Shown here: positions 1-13,012 of the stretch, piece by piece
Numbering within the stretch: position 1 is the first letter of the stretch
Layout of the letters: each line of letters opens with the position of its first letter
DNA from: Callorhinchus milii
Taxonomy: Eukaryota
Direction: 5' to 3'
DNA: 64,000 bases
Assembly (NCBI RefSeq): GCF_018977255.1
Contig: NW_024704742.1
Span: 30,506,001-30,570,000 of the forward strand
Notes under the pieces: generated by a model
Database searches by the model: none
Told to the model about the DNA's origin: nothing
What the model saw: the letters and a program-made list of their open reading frames with translations, nothing else
Program-made: the position numbers and the translations under genes

Positions 1-186
1 TAGTCTTGATCACTTCTGACAATGAAAGAATATAGTTAATTTGTAACCATTCCCGTGAAATGAACTATACTATATTCACATTTATTATTGAAATCCTTCA
101 AATCTCCATGCAGGTTTTCCCTTTCAATTCATTATTCAATTAATCTTCTCCAGTTCTTTCTGTTCTCTTGGAGGTTGGCATTATAC

Positions 187-520
187 GCCTGGCTCAATTC
201 ATGGCACTCTTGCCTCTGAGTCAAAAGATTATGGGGTCAAGCTTCACCTCAGGACTTTGAGCTCACAATCTAGGCTCGCACTCCAATGCAATATTGAGTG
301 TGCGCTGCATTGCTGCAATGCCTAAGATCCTATGGCACTATTCTCTCAGTATCTTAGCCAACAACCACCCAGATTTATTGATCATTCACTTCATGGATGT
401 TTGTGGGACATTCATCTACAAAATACATAGTCACTACACTTTACAGTACATTTTATGAATCGCTTTGATAAGGTCTTTTGATGTAAAAGGTGCAACATTT
501 AATGTAAGGATTATTTTATT
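187..520 (+). mobile_element. SINE family B (tRNA head plus Deu-domain-like body)
   Basis: GCCTGGCTCA...GCCTCTGAGTCA head; GATCCTATGGCACTATT central motif as recalled for DeuSINEs (SacSINE1/AmnSINE1); shared tail. Confidence 0.75.
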
Positions 521-1854
521 GTAATTATTGTTCTTGCACTTCATTATGAAGGGTCTTGCCCAGATTGCTTAAACTACATATCTAAAAACACTATGATAAT
601 CGGTACTTAAGTGATTGCTCATGTCAAGATTGGCATCCATCTCCAGGTCACTGATGAACCTCAGATCCACTAAGAATTCAGCCTATGACTTCTTAAAGAA
701 CTGAGTCAAATTGAAGTCTCAAACTGGTTCCTTTAGAATGTGACCTTCTCAATTCCCTGGATTAGCCACTGTAGCATGTGATGGTTAAAGCTGCAGTTAG
801 TATCTCCCTTTTCTCAGATATTAATTTGAAACAAATCTACTTTAATTTGATCCACAGTAGTCCACCATTTCTCCTTATCGGCTTTCAAGCACCAGTATAA
901 CAAATCCAGTATAACAATTCACCATTTATATTGACTTTGACAACCTCTGAGGTTAGATCAGTATAATCTTTGACAGTTTGGTGTTGTCGACGAATTGAGG
1001 CATTCCGACTGAGATCAGCAAACTAAACAGCATCTGAAGATCAATCCTATGACTTTACCAATATGTTATGTCTCAGCTTCGCATTGAATAAACACACTCA
1101 GCCTTAGGGGGCAAAAGCGCTTCCTTATTAATTTGCACAAAAAAATAATTCATTTTTCGACTGTCATAATTTCTCAGACAGATTCATTTCCTCCACTATT
1201 AAATATTGGAAAATAATCCACATTCTATTAGAATTTCCTATGGTCTTTATCTTATGACGTTTGTGGTCATTTATTTCATCTTGACGTTCATGTCCTTAGC
1301 TTGTTACTTGTCGTCTCTGTCACTCTACTCTTCTTAGAGCAGACCATATTAAAGATTTGATTTTCTGGTTGGTCTCCAGATGAAATCTCTGAATTAATCA
1401 TGCCAGTGGACTATTTATGAACATCAAATCAGCTCTCTACCCCTTCAGTCAAATATTGTACATCAAATTACCAAGTACAATCTTTCATCATTGCTGTAAG
1501 GGACCAAGAGATCATTATCTTGCACCACTGTCTTGGAATTTCCTTCCCATGCTCTAATTTCCTGTTCAGTTCTTTCAACCGTCTGTTTAAGTTGACAAGA
1601 CAGGCTTATTTACAGCACCCAAAATGATGAGCCAATAGGGCTGTGCTGGCTGCTAGTTTCTGATTCATTGTCCTGTGGCACCACATCCCAGTTACTCCAC
1701 TTGTGTATTCATCACCTCACCCTTTTTTTTATTTTTTGGTCTGACACATGCGCAAAATGATCACCATGCTTAAGAGTACCCAAACCAAACTGAGTCCTCA
1801 CCCTACTTCATTAACTTTGCAGGCCAAATCCCTAAATGGTAGGTTGGTTTTAGA

Positions 1855-2055
1855 TAATAATAATCTTTGCATTTACAATAGCACCTTCTCACATCGTTGA
1901 GACGTCTCAAAGCATTTCACAGGATATACTGTAAAGTGGACTGACATTTTGTAGGTGATTCTGGTAGCCAATTTCCCACATACAACCATGAAGTGAATAA
2001 TCAGTTTTATTTGGGGGATTGGTGGCCAGGACATCAGGAGAAAATGCCTTCTCTA
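1855..2055 (-). mobile_element. SINE family B, 3' half
   Basis: Tail plus TGGCCAGGACATCAGGAGAAA segment. Confidence 0.75.
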
Positions 2056-2107
2056 CTGGATAACCAGTGGGCTTTGTGGTTACCTTTCCTTCTCTCATCT
2101 CCATTCG

Positions 2108-2184
2108 GATATCAATACTTGAATATTAAACAGTCATTTTCAAACATGTTGAATATGACTGTTTAATGTTCACATATTGATATC
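2108..2184. repeat. 77-bp near-perfect inverted repeat
   Basis: 36-bp arms with 4 mismatches around a 5-nt loop. Confidence 0.9.
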
Positions 2185-3267
2185 AAGGATATCAGGGATA
2201 TAGAAGTCATGGATCATCTAATAAATACAATCTCAAAAGCTAATTTGTGAAGGAACATCCCACAAACAATAAGGTGGCCAATTAACCTGAATATTTTGTG
2301 GTAAATTTAGGTAAGAAACAAATATAAACTAGGATAAGACTAGGTAAAACACTATTCTAGATAAAACTCTATTCTTCTTCGAAATAGTGCCATGGGATAT
2401 TTTAATGTACACTTGAATGACAAGACATTATTAATTATTATAACACATATATGTTTAATCATACAGTCAAAAAAGGATAATTATCTAATATTTAACACAG
2501 TTGCTTATCCCGTGGAACAATCTTAAAATGCTGAACAAATGAAGTTCCTCTGAAGTGTGGTGAATCTTGTTACCCAACCAAATACAGCAGTCAATCTGCT
2601 CCAGCAACAACCCACCATAACACATGAGCACAGAGTTCTGATCCCGGCATTAAACAGCCCCCAATTATAGCAGCAACTTTCAGAACCTCATGCACCGTCA
2701 ATCTCTTACCAAATATTAGCTCGGAGCAGCAGCACAATTTTGATGTCTGTTTATTTTTTTAAACCCTTTGCCAANTTTTTTGCTTCAATCAAATCACCGA
2801 ATTGATGGATTAGGTGAGCTGCGGAACAAAGGGTTTGCAAATTGACTATTTTGTTCTGCAGTTTAGAGAAACCTTGATCCAAGCAGAACATTTCTTGGCA
2901 ATTTAGTTATGTGTTTTGGGATTCAATGTTGTGTGTCGCTGAACTGTATTAGAAAAGAGCATCTGCCTTATTCCCATCTCCTGTGTTGTGGAAATTATTT
3001 TCGGAGATTAACTCACTTGTACAGTTTTCCTTAGATACATGCTTTGTTTTTGATTGTGCCGACTGATTCAGTATTTATTTTGACAGTCCAACGGGCTTTA
3101 TTAGTATTCCTACACACATATATTGTGGGAGATTATTAAAACAGATATTGATTCCAACTGCAACAAGCACAACCCGGTAAGAAGCTGTGAAGGGACTGAA
3201 AGCAATTAATCAAATATCCTGGGATGAATTTCCACAGAGCAATGAAGACAATGGTAGAATTTAAGAC

Positions 3268-3670
3268 CATAAGACATAGGAGCAGGAATAGGCCATTTGG
3301 CCCCTCGAGCCTGCCCACCATTTAATAAGATCATGGCTGATCTTCTAACCTTCCATTTACCCGCTCTATCCCCATATCCCTTATTTCCACTATCCTTTAG
3401 AAATCTATCAACCTCTGTCTTGAATATGTTCAATGACTGAGTATCCACAGCCTTTTGGGGTGTTTCCCATGGTTCTCCAACCAGGGGAAACAGTCTCATG
3501 GCATCTACCCTTAAGAATCTTATAGGTTTCTATAAGATCACATCTAATTCTTCTATATTCTTGAGAATATAGACCAAATTTACTCAACCTATCCTCATAG
3601 GTCATCCCAGGAATCGACCTAGTGAATCTATGCTGCACCCCCTCTCAGGCGAGTATGTCCTTTCTTAAAT
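3268..3670 (-). mobile_element. CR1 LINE 3' fragment
   Basis: ORF 3408-3638 HRFTRSIPGMTYEDRLSKFGLYS...DLIETYKILKG resembles the CR1 ORF2 C-terminus and the 36777-37145 frame; 3' UTR similar to 37150-37300. Confidence 0.88.
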
Positions 3671-5140
3671 TTCTCCATCTACGACCCTCATTGCGCTGAG
3701 CATCTCTCCTCATCTTATACAAAAGGAATTAGCTAGATGGACCGCAGTGGTCTTTTTTTTAGTCCTATACATTCCTGTGAGAGGGAAACAGTGTTAAGGA
3801 CCATTATAACTACGATTAGTGTGACACTGGCTTTGAAAATGCGACATTCACAAACCAATAATCTTTGTAGTAACAGCAACTTCTGGTATGCAGATGGAAT
3901 TGAAGGATTCCTTAGGAAATTGGGTAAAATTATTGTGAAAAGGAACAGGAGAAAATTGTGATCCCAAAAGTCATCGTAAGACATTGCACAGCTGCCATTA
4001 TGGTTTCAACGTTTTGTCAGACTTCTTGGGTCTTTTCTCGGCAGCGAAACTTCCTAAAAGCAAGATGCAGGCAGCGATCATGACTATTGGTTAAAAAATC
4101 ACACTTTTTTTAACATCATTATGTTTGAGCTCGGGCATGATTCTTATAATCACTCACAAGAGGAAATACACCAAACCCAGCTGAGTACAGTCTGCTTAGG
4201 AGCATTAATGAGACAAGCTGAGTGAGCAAAGTATATTTTGCACAAACCTGCTGGGGTGCTCTGGATTCACCAAAGTTTCCTGACTGTGTTAATTATCCGA
4301 CGTAACTTTGAACGCAATGAGCTACAGGCATGAGCGATACGGATCAAACTGTCAGCTACTGTAACAGAATATGTCTGATCCTAAGATACATTAAAGGAGA
4401 ACAACACCAAACCTCAAAACAATTTAAGTGCAAAGTAATTATTTTAAGTCCATGGCTGTTTCCCACAACTTTATGAGCTTATCATAAAGAGTCTACATTA
4501 AGTATTTTGTGCACAAATAAAAGTGGATTAAGAAAACAAACATGACTTTGCACATCCTTAAGCACCAGAACACAAAGACAACATGAAGGAGTGACTTCCA
4601 ATACTGGCACCAGCTAGTATTTGTATCAGGTTAATATAAACACTCCATCTTAACAATCTGTGAAGGTGAGAATTGGGCCTGTGAAAGTGGCAATAGGAAC
4701 TTCAAGCTGGGTTTATTTGGGGGTCCTCAGGCTGCTGAGACAGAACAGTGTTGATATTTGAGCAGCACTCAATCCTGCAGATTTCTGGGATTTCGGTCCA
4801 TATGCACAGTGTGTACATTTTCCTTGCATGGCATGTCAGATGGTAAGTCACATGGCCCACTAAATACAGAACAGTTAAACCACTTTACAGTATATTATGT
4901 GGCACGTTTTAAGACATCTGAACGACATAATGAGGTGCTATATCACATATGTACAAGGATTATGGTGAATGATTTTACGTTCCACTCATTCGCAGAGCTT
5001 TTAACATTGTCCCCTCCCTCTCCTCCCCGGCACTAATATCCCAATAATGGAAGCAAAGATGAGGAGCTGCTCTAATATACCTTTACTCCAAGCCATTTAT
5101 TCCTATTCCTGCACTTTCGGAAGATGTAATGATAACAATA

Positions 5141-5372
5141 ATAATAATCCTTGCATTTGATATAGCGGCTTGTTGAGACATCTCAAAGCGCTTCACAGAA
5201 TATACTATAAAGTGAATTGACTGTTTAATTTGTGGGCGAAATACGGCAGCCAATTACAAACAGCAGTGTCTCACAAACAGTCGTAGATTGAGTGACCAAA
5301 TTATTATTTTTTAAGGGATTATTACCCCCGGAAAGCGATCCGCTAATCAACTAACAACTGGGTTCCTAGTTA
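5141..5372 (-). mobile_element. SINE family A, long form, 5'-truncated
   Basis: Collinear with 12632-12890. Confidence 0.85.
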
Positions 5373-5544
5373 TTAGAGCAATAGTGGCGATGGAAATAAA
5401 CAAACACAGCTAAAGGTTCTAGGAATGCATGAAGTTAAAAAATATCCTCTGATGTTGAGCATTTAACAGCATTTGACACCGGTGAAAGAAATGGCCAAAC
5501 ATGTTCAGCTACACACACCTTTAATGTAAGTCAGCTCTTAACCA

Positions 5545-5855
5545 GCTGGCTCAGTTGGTAACACTCCTGCCTCTAAGTCAGAAGGTTGTGAGTTCAAGCC
5601 TCATATTGGGATTTTGAGCTCATAGTCCACGCTGACACTCCAGTTGAAGGTGTCATCCTTCAGATGAGACTCTCATCCAAGGTCCCCATCTGCCTGTTCA
5701 GAAAAACTTTGAAGATCCCATATCACGATTTGAAAAGAGAAGAGAGTTTTTCCCAAAATCCTGGCCAAGATCTTCCAGTTAAAATCAGTCATTCGCTTCA
5801 TGGCTGGTTGGGGATGCTATAAGGAGCTATATCAAATGCAAGGATTATTATTATA
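5545..5855 (+). mobile_element. SINE family B with internal deletions
   Basis: CTGGCTCAGTTGGTAACACTC head; CCTTCAGATGAGAC; GATCCCAT; tail. Confidence 0.8.
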
Positions 5856-6259
5856 CGTTATTATATTGTCGTTTGGAAAATATAATGCAACTGTGCTTTT
5901 CAATGCTGTCCTTTCACCAAAGCACACTGCTTACTATGGCAGCAATTAAAGATGTTGAGTATCAAGCATTGGATTCTATTTATAAAGACAATTAATTATG
6001 TGTTTAAATTCATAAACATTTGAACAAAAGAATTAAAGAGAAGTTTCTTGGCTAGATAGATTTTGTTTTTCATTTTTATTTTTACTCGATAGCCATTTAG
6101 TACATTATTAGAAACAATTTGCATTTTGTTTAGCACCATATCGTGATGAAACTTTGGACAGAAAGAAAGAACATGCAGTTTTGTGGAACCTTATGTCAAA
6201 ACATCCCAAACAACTGTACTTCACAGTAATTACTGTCAAATGTAGCGGCTACTTGTGCT

Positions 6260-6500
6260 AGTCTCTTCTCAACCTCTGTTCCAATGAATATGGCTCCAGT
6301 TTCTATAGGTCTCCCCTATAAGTAAAACCTCTCATCTATGTTATCATTCCAGTGTACCTCTTCTATTATGCTCCCCATAACCTTGCCATCCTTCTTAGCG
6401 TATCTTCTAACTGTGATCTAACCAGTGAATTGTATAGTTTGCTGTTACCTCCATGCTTTTGTATTCTATGTCTCTGGTTATAAAATCCATTTGCTTTTCT
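6260..6500 (-). mobile_element. Old CR1 RT C-terminal fragment
   Basis: Degenerate antisense similarity to 36680-36930 (AACCTCTGTTCCAATGAA, ACCTCTCAT, CTAACCAGTG, TTTTGTATTCTATG). Confidence 0.5.
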
Positions 6501-7225
6501 TTTGTACATTAAGATTGATTATTTATGTATGCAGTTATTTCTATCTTGAGTGATTGTATATATTCCAATACGAAATTATACCATTAAAATGTTAAAGTAA
6601 ATTATTCATTAAAAGCTGCCAGTGTGGTAAAATAATTGGAACAGCTGAGATAGATACATTAAAAAATAGGGCTTACTCTTGGGATGGTCCAAGTAGCTAG
6701 TGGATGGGAATGATGCTGAACGAGAAGGCAATATAAAGCAGCAAGTGTCCAAAAGAAGGGGAGCTAAGGTAGATGTCAGGGGAGACTACTTTGGGGCTAG
6801 ATTTTGCTAATCAATCAAGAATGGAGAAGTGACAGCGTGATCTGAAAGAGTAAGGAAATGAGGGAATAAGACTACACTCCCTATTCCAAGATTGGGAGTG
6901 GGACAATCCCAATGTTGGCTTACTAAGCAGAGAGCACAGTTTAACAAACATGTCCTTGTACAAATTGGAGGGCATTTATAATTTGCTCTGTGATATGTTT
7001 CCCATGGGCATCAGGAGCACATCAGGGTGAAAGTTCTACCCTGGTTTCTTCAAGTACAAGTCCTTAATACATAATTCGACAGATATTGATCTTTTCCTTA
7101 CTTATTTATAATGAATCCATCAGTGTAAGCGAGCATCAAAAGAAACCCCTTTTTATTAGCAATTGGAAAGTGATATGATAAAGGGATTTTCAACATTCAA
7201 TTTTCAATATTCAAGCATAAATATT

Positions 7226-7763
7226 GCATGCGTTTGTCACCTCCCACTTGGATTACTCCAACACACTCCTCGCTGGTCTCCCCAGCTCCACCATTCACAA
7301 GATCCAGCTCATTCAAAATTCTGCTGCCCGCATACTGCCCGGACCAAACTCCGTACTCACATCTCACTAGTTCTGGCCAGGCTCCACTGGCTCCCTATCA
7401 CCAAATGGATCGACTTCAAGATCCTCACACCCGTGTTCAAATCCATTCACTCGCTGGCACCTCCTGACCTCTCCGACCTCCTCATTCCCCAATCCACTAC
7501 CCGGCCCCTCCGCTCAGCTGGCACCGGCCTCCTGCTCGTCCCTCGCACCCTCCGCCCCACCATCAGAGGTCGCGCTTTCAGCCATTACACCCCTAAACTC
7601 TGGAACACTCTCAATCCCTCCGGCTTGCCCCCTCTCTCCCCTCTTTTAAGTGCTGCCTGAAGACTTTCCTGTTCGACTGCACTTAAGGCCCCCAACCCCC
7701 AACTCGTTCTGAAACGGTGTTGTGCATGGAGGGTGTTATATAAGTGCAAGTTGTTGTTGTTGT
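7226..7763 (+). mobile_element. L2-clade LINE 3' fragment
   Basis: LARLHWLPITKWIDFKIL...LAPPDLSDLL...GRAFSHYTPKLWNTL (L2 ORF2 C-terminus); (TTG)n tail. Confidence 0.9.
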
Positions 7764-8157
7764 AACTTCCACTTTGAAAGCCTTCTAAAGTTCGAAATTC
7801 CCCATAATCTTAGCCTGAAGACTATTGCCTTCAAAATTCAAGGTAATGTAGAATTTTACATTTATGTCAAGCTTTTCACGTGGGGATAATGTGCTTCACA
7901 CAGCTGATGCAACACATGAACTGAGAGTGGGGTTGGAAGGAGAGAAAGATCATCTAAAGTCGATCAAAACGAATTGTGGTCCTAATTTGTTAGTCTTTTC
8001 CACAACTGTGGAAAACCTTCTTCCAAAGGAAGAATTTTCCAAAGTATCTGCACAACCTTAAATTTTATGGAGAAATGTGGGGTTTCTGTTTTACAAAAAT
8101 GGATGTATAAAACCATGTATAAAACTTGAATATAATTTTACATTTAACATAAGTGCT

Positions 8158-8448
8158 GTGGAGTCCTGTAGCTTAGTGGTTAGAGCACTCGCCTCGCAAG
8201 TGGGAGACCTTGGTTCGATTCCCTGAAGGGTGAAACCTTGGGCAAGTTTCCTCACTCCACATGCCTGATAATAATCCCACAAGAAAAAAAACAATAATAA
8301 TTTGGTCACTTCAATCCACGGCTGTGCACAATTGGCTGCCGCATTTCGCCCACAAATTCACTTTCCAGTATATTCCGTGAAGCCCTTTGAGATGTCTGGA
8401 AGACGTGAAAAGTGCTATATCAAATGCAAGGATTATTATTTATTATTT
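8158..8448 (+). mobile_element. SINE family A (tRNA-Ala-like head, L2-type tail), short form
   Basis: GTGGAGTCCTGTAGCTTAGTGG A-box, GGTTCGATTCC B-box, tail GCTATATCAAATGCAAGGATTATTA; many near-identical copies in the window. Confidence 0.9.
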
Positions 8449-8961
8449 ATCAAACCGCCAATCAGAGAAACAGTGGCACTTCACACAACTCACTGGAGTA
8501 ATGAGCAATGGGTCTGGAATTGTAACACATGTAAAAAGCTCATTTGGCAATTTTATTGTGTCTAACATAGGGGGCAAGACATGGGTTTGATGCAGTGTTA
8601 CCTTTCATACAGACCAGCAGTAGTGCTCAGTGTTTTTCAAAATGCCTGTCTTATGAACTCAACTGCTGACTGATTCCATGTCATAAGACTCACTGATCAA
8701 AGTGAATATCACATTAGTGTATTACACATTTCTTTTGCCCAATGGTCTCAGGCAAGTCATAGCTTGCCAATTAAATAATTAATCAAAGACTTTCTTTTCC
8801 TTCATTTGTTTTCAACAGAAGTAACCAACCTGGTCCCCAAGTCAATTATTTCTCTGAAATCCTACAGCAGACCTAGAACACACACTGAGTTCCAAATTTT
8901 TAAAAATCATTGTATTGCAAAGGTAAGGAATCTGCCTGGAATTACAGTCAGGTGCTACAAA

Positions 8962-9412
8962 TAATAATATTAATAATAATAATCCTTGCATTTGATATAG
9001 CGCATTACCACATCATTTAGATATCTCAAAGCATTTCACAGGATATATTATAAAGTGGATTGACTGTGTATTTTTGTGGGTGAAATGCGGCAGCCGGTTG
9101 TGCATAGCAATGTTCAACAAACAGCCATGGAGTGAGTGACCAATTTAACTTCGGGGCATTGTTATCGAACATCAAAAGAAACACCCTTTTCTGTTTGAAT
9201 AGTGCCATGAGATCTTTAACATCCACCTGAACGGGCAGACAGGAATTTTGGTTTAAAGTCCCATCCGCAGGACTGCACCTCTGACAATGCAACACCCCCC
9301 AGCACTGCACTGGAATGTCAGTTTAGACTGTGTAATTCCAAGTGCAGACTTGGGGCTTGAACCCACAACCTACTAATTTCGAGGCAAGAGAGCTACCACT
9401 GCACCTAGCCGA
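8962..9412 (-). mobile_element. SINE family B, full length (family A fragment follows at 9421-9530)
   Basis: Antisense GAATAGTGCCATGAGATCTTTAACATCCACCTGAAC core; head at 9355-9412. Confidence 0.85.
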
Positions 9413-9867
9413 TACCCAATCCATTTGCCCCAGAAAGCGATCTGCCAATTGACTAACAACTGGGTTCCTACTTACTGCTCGGTAAACAGAGGCATTTGAA
9501 GAAAGAAAACTTGCCTAAGGCTTTGCCTCACTCAGCAATACACAGTCAGACCTTAAAAAGCCACAGTCGGTCGCTACAAATACACAGTCAGTCACTGGAC
9601 TTCACAGAAAGTTTGTGAAGAGTTTTGAGGCATTCTGAATGTTACAGGTGCTATATCCAAAAGCAAAGATTATTTATTCACTTTCCTTTTGAGGAAGGAA
9701 ACCAACATGCACACACAAAAGCAAATGATCTTGGGGACTAAACCGCCACATATCTTTACCTTTTGCTTACCTTGATTCCCATTGGAATGCTTTCAGTAAC
9801 ACTGGTGAAGAACAGCACCAACAACACAAGTGACTACCTTGTGGTAATACCACCTCCACAACTTTAA

Positions 9868-10158
9868 CCGGCTCCGCCACTACCTTTCCCATCAGGCCGC
9901 CGAGACCCTCATCCACGCATTCATCACATCCAACAACAACAGCAAAATAACGTTTGTATAGCGCCTTTCACGTCGGGAGGATGTCCCAACATCCAGGTTT
10001 GATGATTCTAACTCCCTGCTTGTCGGTTTTCCCAACTCTTCCCTCCACAGGCTGCAGATCATTCAGAACTCTGCAGCTTGTGCCCTCTCCCACACCAGGC
10101 TCTGTGAACCTATCACCGCTATCCTCGCCTGGCTCCACTGGTTCCCCATCCCCCAGAT
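9868..10158 (+). mobile_element. L2 fragment interrupted by an antisense L2 tail (9931-9990)
   Basis: Similar to 15480-15710; insert CAACAACAAC...TATAGCGCCTTTCACGTCGGGAGGATGTCCC. Confidence 0.8.
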
Positions 10159-10849
10159 GGAGTGATCAATTCTCATGCTCTGCTAACCACATGCAGTAAA
10201 AGAATATACACTTGACGTATAAGGAAGCAGAACAAACCATTTCAACTGGGTGGTAGATGCTCTATTTTAAAACGTTCATAAATTAAGATAAACGTTTATA
10301 TCCAAAATGCCATAGTTGCAAATTGAATACATATTTGAAACATAATCCTAAACACTGTTTAATAATGATACCTAAGTCAAGTGAAGCGTAGACCAAATTT
10401 AGAGGTAATCTCCCTCTATTTACCTCTGCCCCAATGTTAGCAGAGTTAATAATAATAATCCTTGCATTTGATATAGCATCTTATCACATCCTTGAGACAT
10501 CTCAAAGTGCTTCACGGAATATACTGTAAAGTGGATTGACTGTGTACTTTGTGGGCAAAATGATTTAGTTCAATGTTTAAGAGGGAATTGGATAAAAGCA
10601 CAGAGGACAGTCAGAAAGTGGAGTTCTCTGCCCCAAAATGTTGTAAAGCCCATTATTTTTATTGAGAAAAACAGAATTAAATAGATACTGTACTAATGTG
10701 TTAAAGAAAGAAACAGAAGAGTGGATCTGTGCCCAACATCTATTTCATGCAGGCCCCACCAGGAGCCACCTAAGCAAGTCAAAACAAATTGAAAATCAGA
10801 GCCCAAAGATATAAAGATAATGGAAAGCTCCATGCAGCACATAGCATAA

Positions 10850-11255
10850 TAATAATTAATTCTCGTATTTGTTATAGCATCTTTCACATGAGGAAGACAT
10901 CTGAAAGCTTTCGATGGAGTGACTCTATACCGTTGACCAGCTCTGCAGCCTAATTTGTGTACATGCAAATAGCCATGAAGTGAATCACCAACTTTATTTG
11001 TGGGGATTGTTGGTCAGGGCATGGAAAGAATCTCCCTTCTTTTCACAAAATGTGACATGGGATCTTTAATGCACACCTGAATAGGCAGACAAGACCTCTC
11101 TTCAACATCTCATCCATTGTTGAAGGACGGCACCTCCATAAATGCAACTCCCTGTTGTTGGAATGTCAGCCTAGATTATAATGAGTTCAAAAGTTAGCGT
11201 GGGGCATGAACTCACAATCTTCTGACTCAGAGACGAGAGTGTTACCAACTGTGCA
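10850..11255 (-). mobile_element. SINE family B, full length
   Basis: Collinear with 8962-9412. Confidence 0.8.
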
Positions 11256-11699
11256 ATATTTCTATACTGCCTTCAATGCAGCTTTGTGTTACAAGGCACA
11301 AGGGAAGATGATTTATTGGTGGTGCCACGCCAACTGAATGGGCGAAAATACAAGAACATTTCCCCAACTAAATGAGCACATCTATAATAACGTGGCATCC
11401 AACAACAGAGAAGAGAGAAATTTACTGCAGAAAAATAATCTTGTTGCTAGTTTAACTACTTGTTTTCAAACCACATCAGATTTAATTATTCTGTATATGT
11501 TTATGATTTTTTAAAAAAATTCTCAGGTTTATTTAAGTTTCCATTTACTCTGGCCTCCACAATGAGAACAAGTATATTATCATAAATGTAATTTGAAGTA
11601 CACTTGTGAAGAATTTCCAAATAAGTTAATACCTGCAACAATGACTTGCATTTATATAGCACCTTAGGATAATGGCCCAGATAATAACTCCAGTAAAAT

Positions 11700-11880
11700 G
11701 GATCTAGATTTATTCTATTTACTCAGCATTTCAGAATTGGGCAAATTGTTGAATTCAGTTCTTAACTTTGAAGTCAGTTTTCTGTAGTTCTTAAAAGAAA
11801 CTTACAGAAAACTAGTGTCTAAACAAAGCCCAAATTCTTCACGCTCTAAAATTATACATAAATGGAGTAAATCTAGACCC
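11700..11880. repeat. Degenerate ~180-bp palindrome (MITE-like)
   Basis: Outer arms 11700-11721/11859-11880 (19/22) and inner arms 11776-11786/11803-11813 (11/11). Confidence 0.7.
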
Positions 11881-12631
11881 AGGTGGAATTTCTTTCCCAC
11901 TATCTTTTTCACCTCTGGAAAGTGGGTTTCATCTCTCTCTCTCTCTGATTGTTCAAGAGTCCCACCTGGAATGGTTTGGACAGTGTCAACCCATTCCCCA
12001 TTGAGTACAAATCCACAACAAAATACTGCCAACAAATTGTATTAATGATTAAGTCCCAAATATGATATTGTATTATATAACAATCTGCCTATGTTGGTCC
12101 TATTTTCCCTCGAGAGCAAGCTATGCAGTTTTAACTAGTTGAACTCCAGCAGTAACCCCAGTGCGTACTCTGGGATCCCCAAGCAATGGCTGTTGCCAAC
12201 CTGCACTAATACTCTAATACTAATAATGACATATATGTGAGGAATTCTTAGTCTAGCTTGGATACTGAAGCATGGTAATGGGTTTCCACATGTGTCAGAC
12301 ATCTGGCTGATCAAATATAAAAAATCCTAAACACACTTTCTGACTGTCATCAACTAGCTAAACATCCCAAATAGCATACAAATGCTCGTAGTCGAGTCAC
12401 ACCTTAAGAACCAGTCAACCATCTTGTGAAATGGAAGAGACATCTAACCATTTAAAGGAGTGACAGAAAGTTGAATCTATTACTCTTATAGCTCATCCGT
12501 GGGTTCTGTTGGTCAGCCTGATGTCCTGGCGCACGCAGAAACCCACCACCATGTTTAAGAGTATCCAAACAAACCATGGTTTGGCAAGATAGAGCACTAA
12601 CACCTTCCTAGGTTTAAATTCAGTGCTGCTA

Positions 12632-13012
12632 AATAATAATAATAATAATCCTTGCATTTGATATAGCCCCTTATCACATCTTTGAGATGTCTCAAAGCGA
12701 TTCACAGAATATACTGTAAAGTGAACTAACTGTATATTTTGTGGGCGAAACCCGGCAGCCAATTGTGCACAGCAATGTCTCACAAACAGTCATGGATTGA
12801 GTGACTAAATTGTTATTGTTTTTTTTTGAAGGATTATTATCCCCAGAAAAGCGATCCGCCAATCGACTAACAACTGGGTTCCTACTTACTGCTAGGTAAA
12901 TAGGGGAGTGTGGAGTAAGGAAACTTACCCAACATTTCGCCCTGCTAGGAATAGAACCCAGGTCTTTTACTTGTGAGGTGAGTGCTCTAACCACTGAGCT
13001 ACAGGACTCCAC
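12632..13012 (-). mobile_element. SINE family A, long form, full length
   Basis: Head plus extra internal segment (TTTACCTAGCAGTAAGTAGGAACC...GGATCGCTTTT) and (TTA)n tail. Confidence 0.9.

Noticed and set aside
2761..2840. Single N at 2775 within a 10-bp inverted repeat (AAACCCTTTG/CAAAGGGTTT)
   Set aside because: An ambiguous base call plus a short inverted match is too little to support an element.
8819..8922. Plus-strand 104-nt exon-like segment with good acceptor (ttttcaacAG) and donor (AAG|GTAAGG)
   Set aside because: Antisense to INPP4B, no recognisable peptide and no partner exons; such pairs occur by chance in 64 kb.
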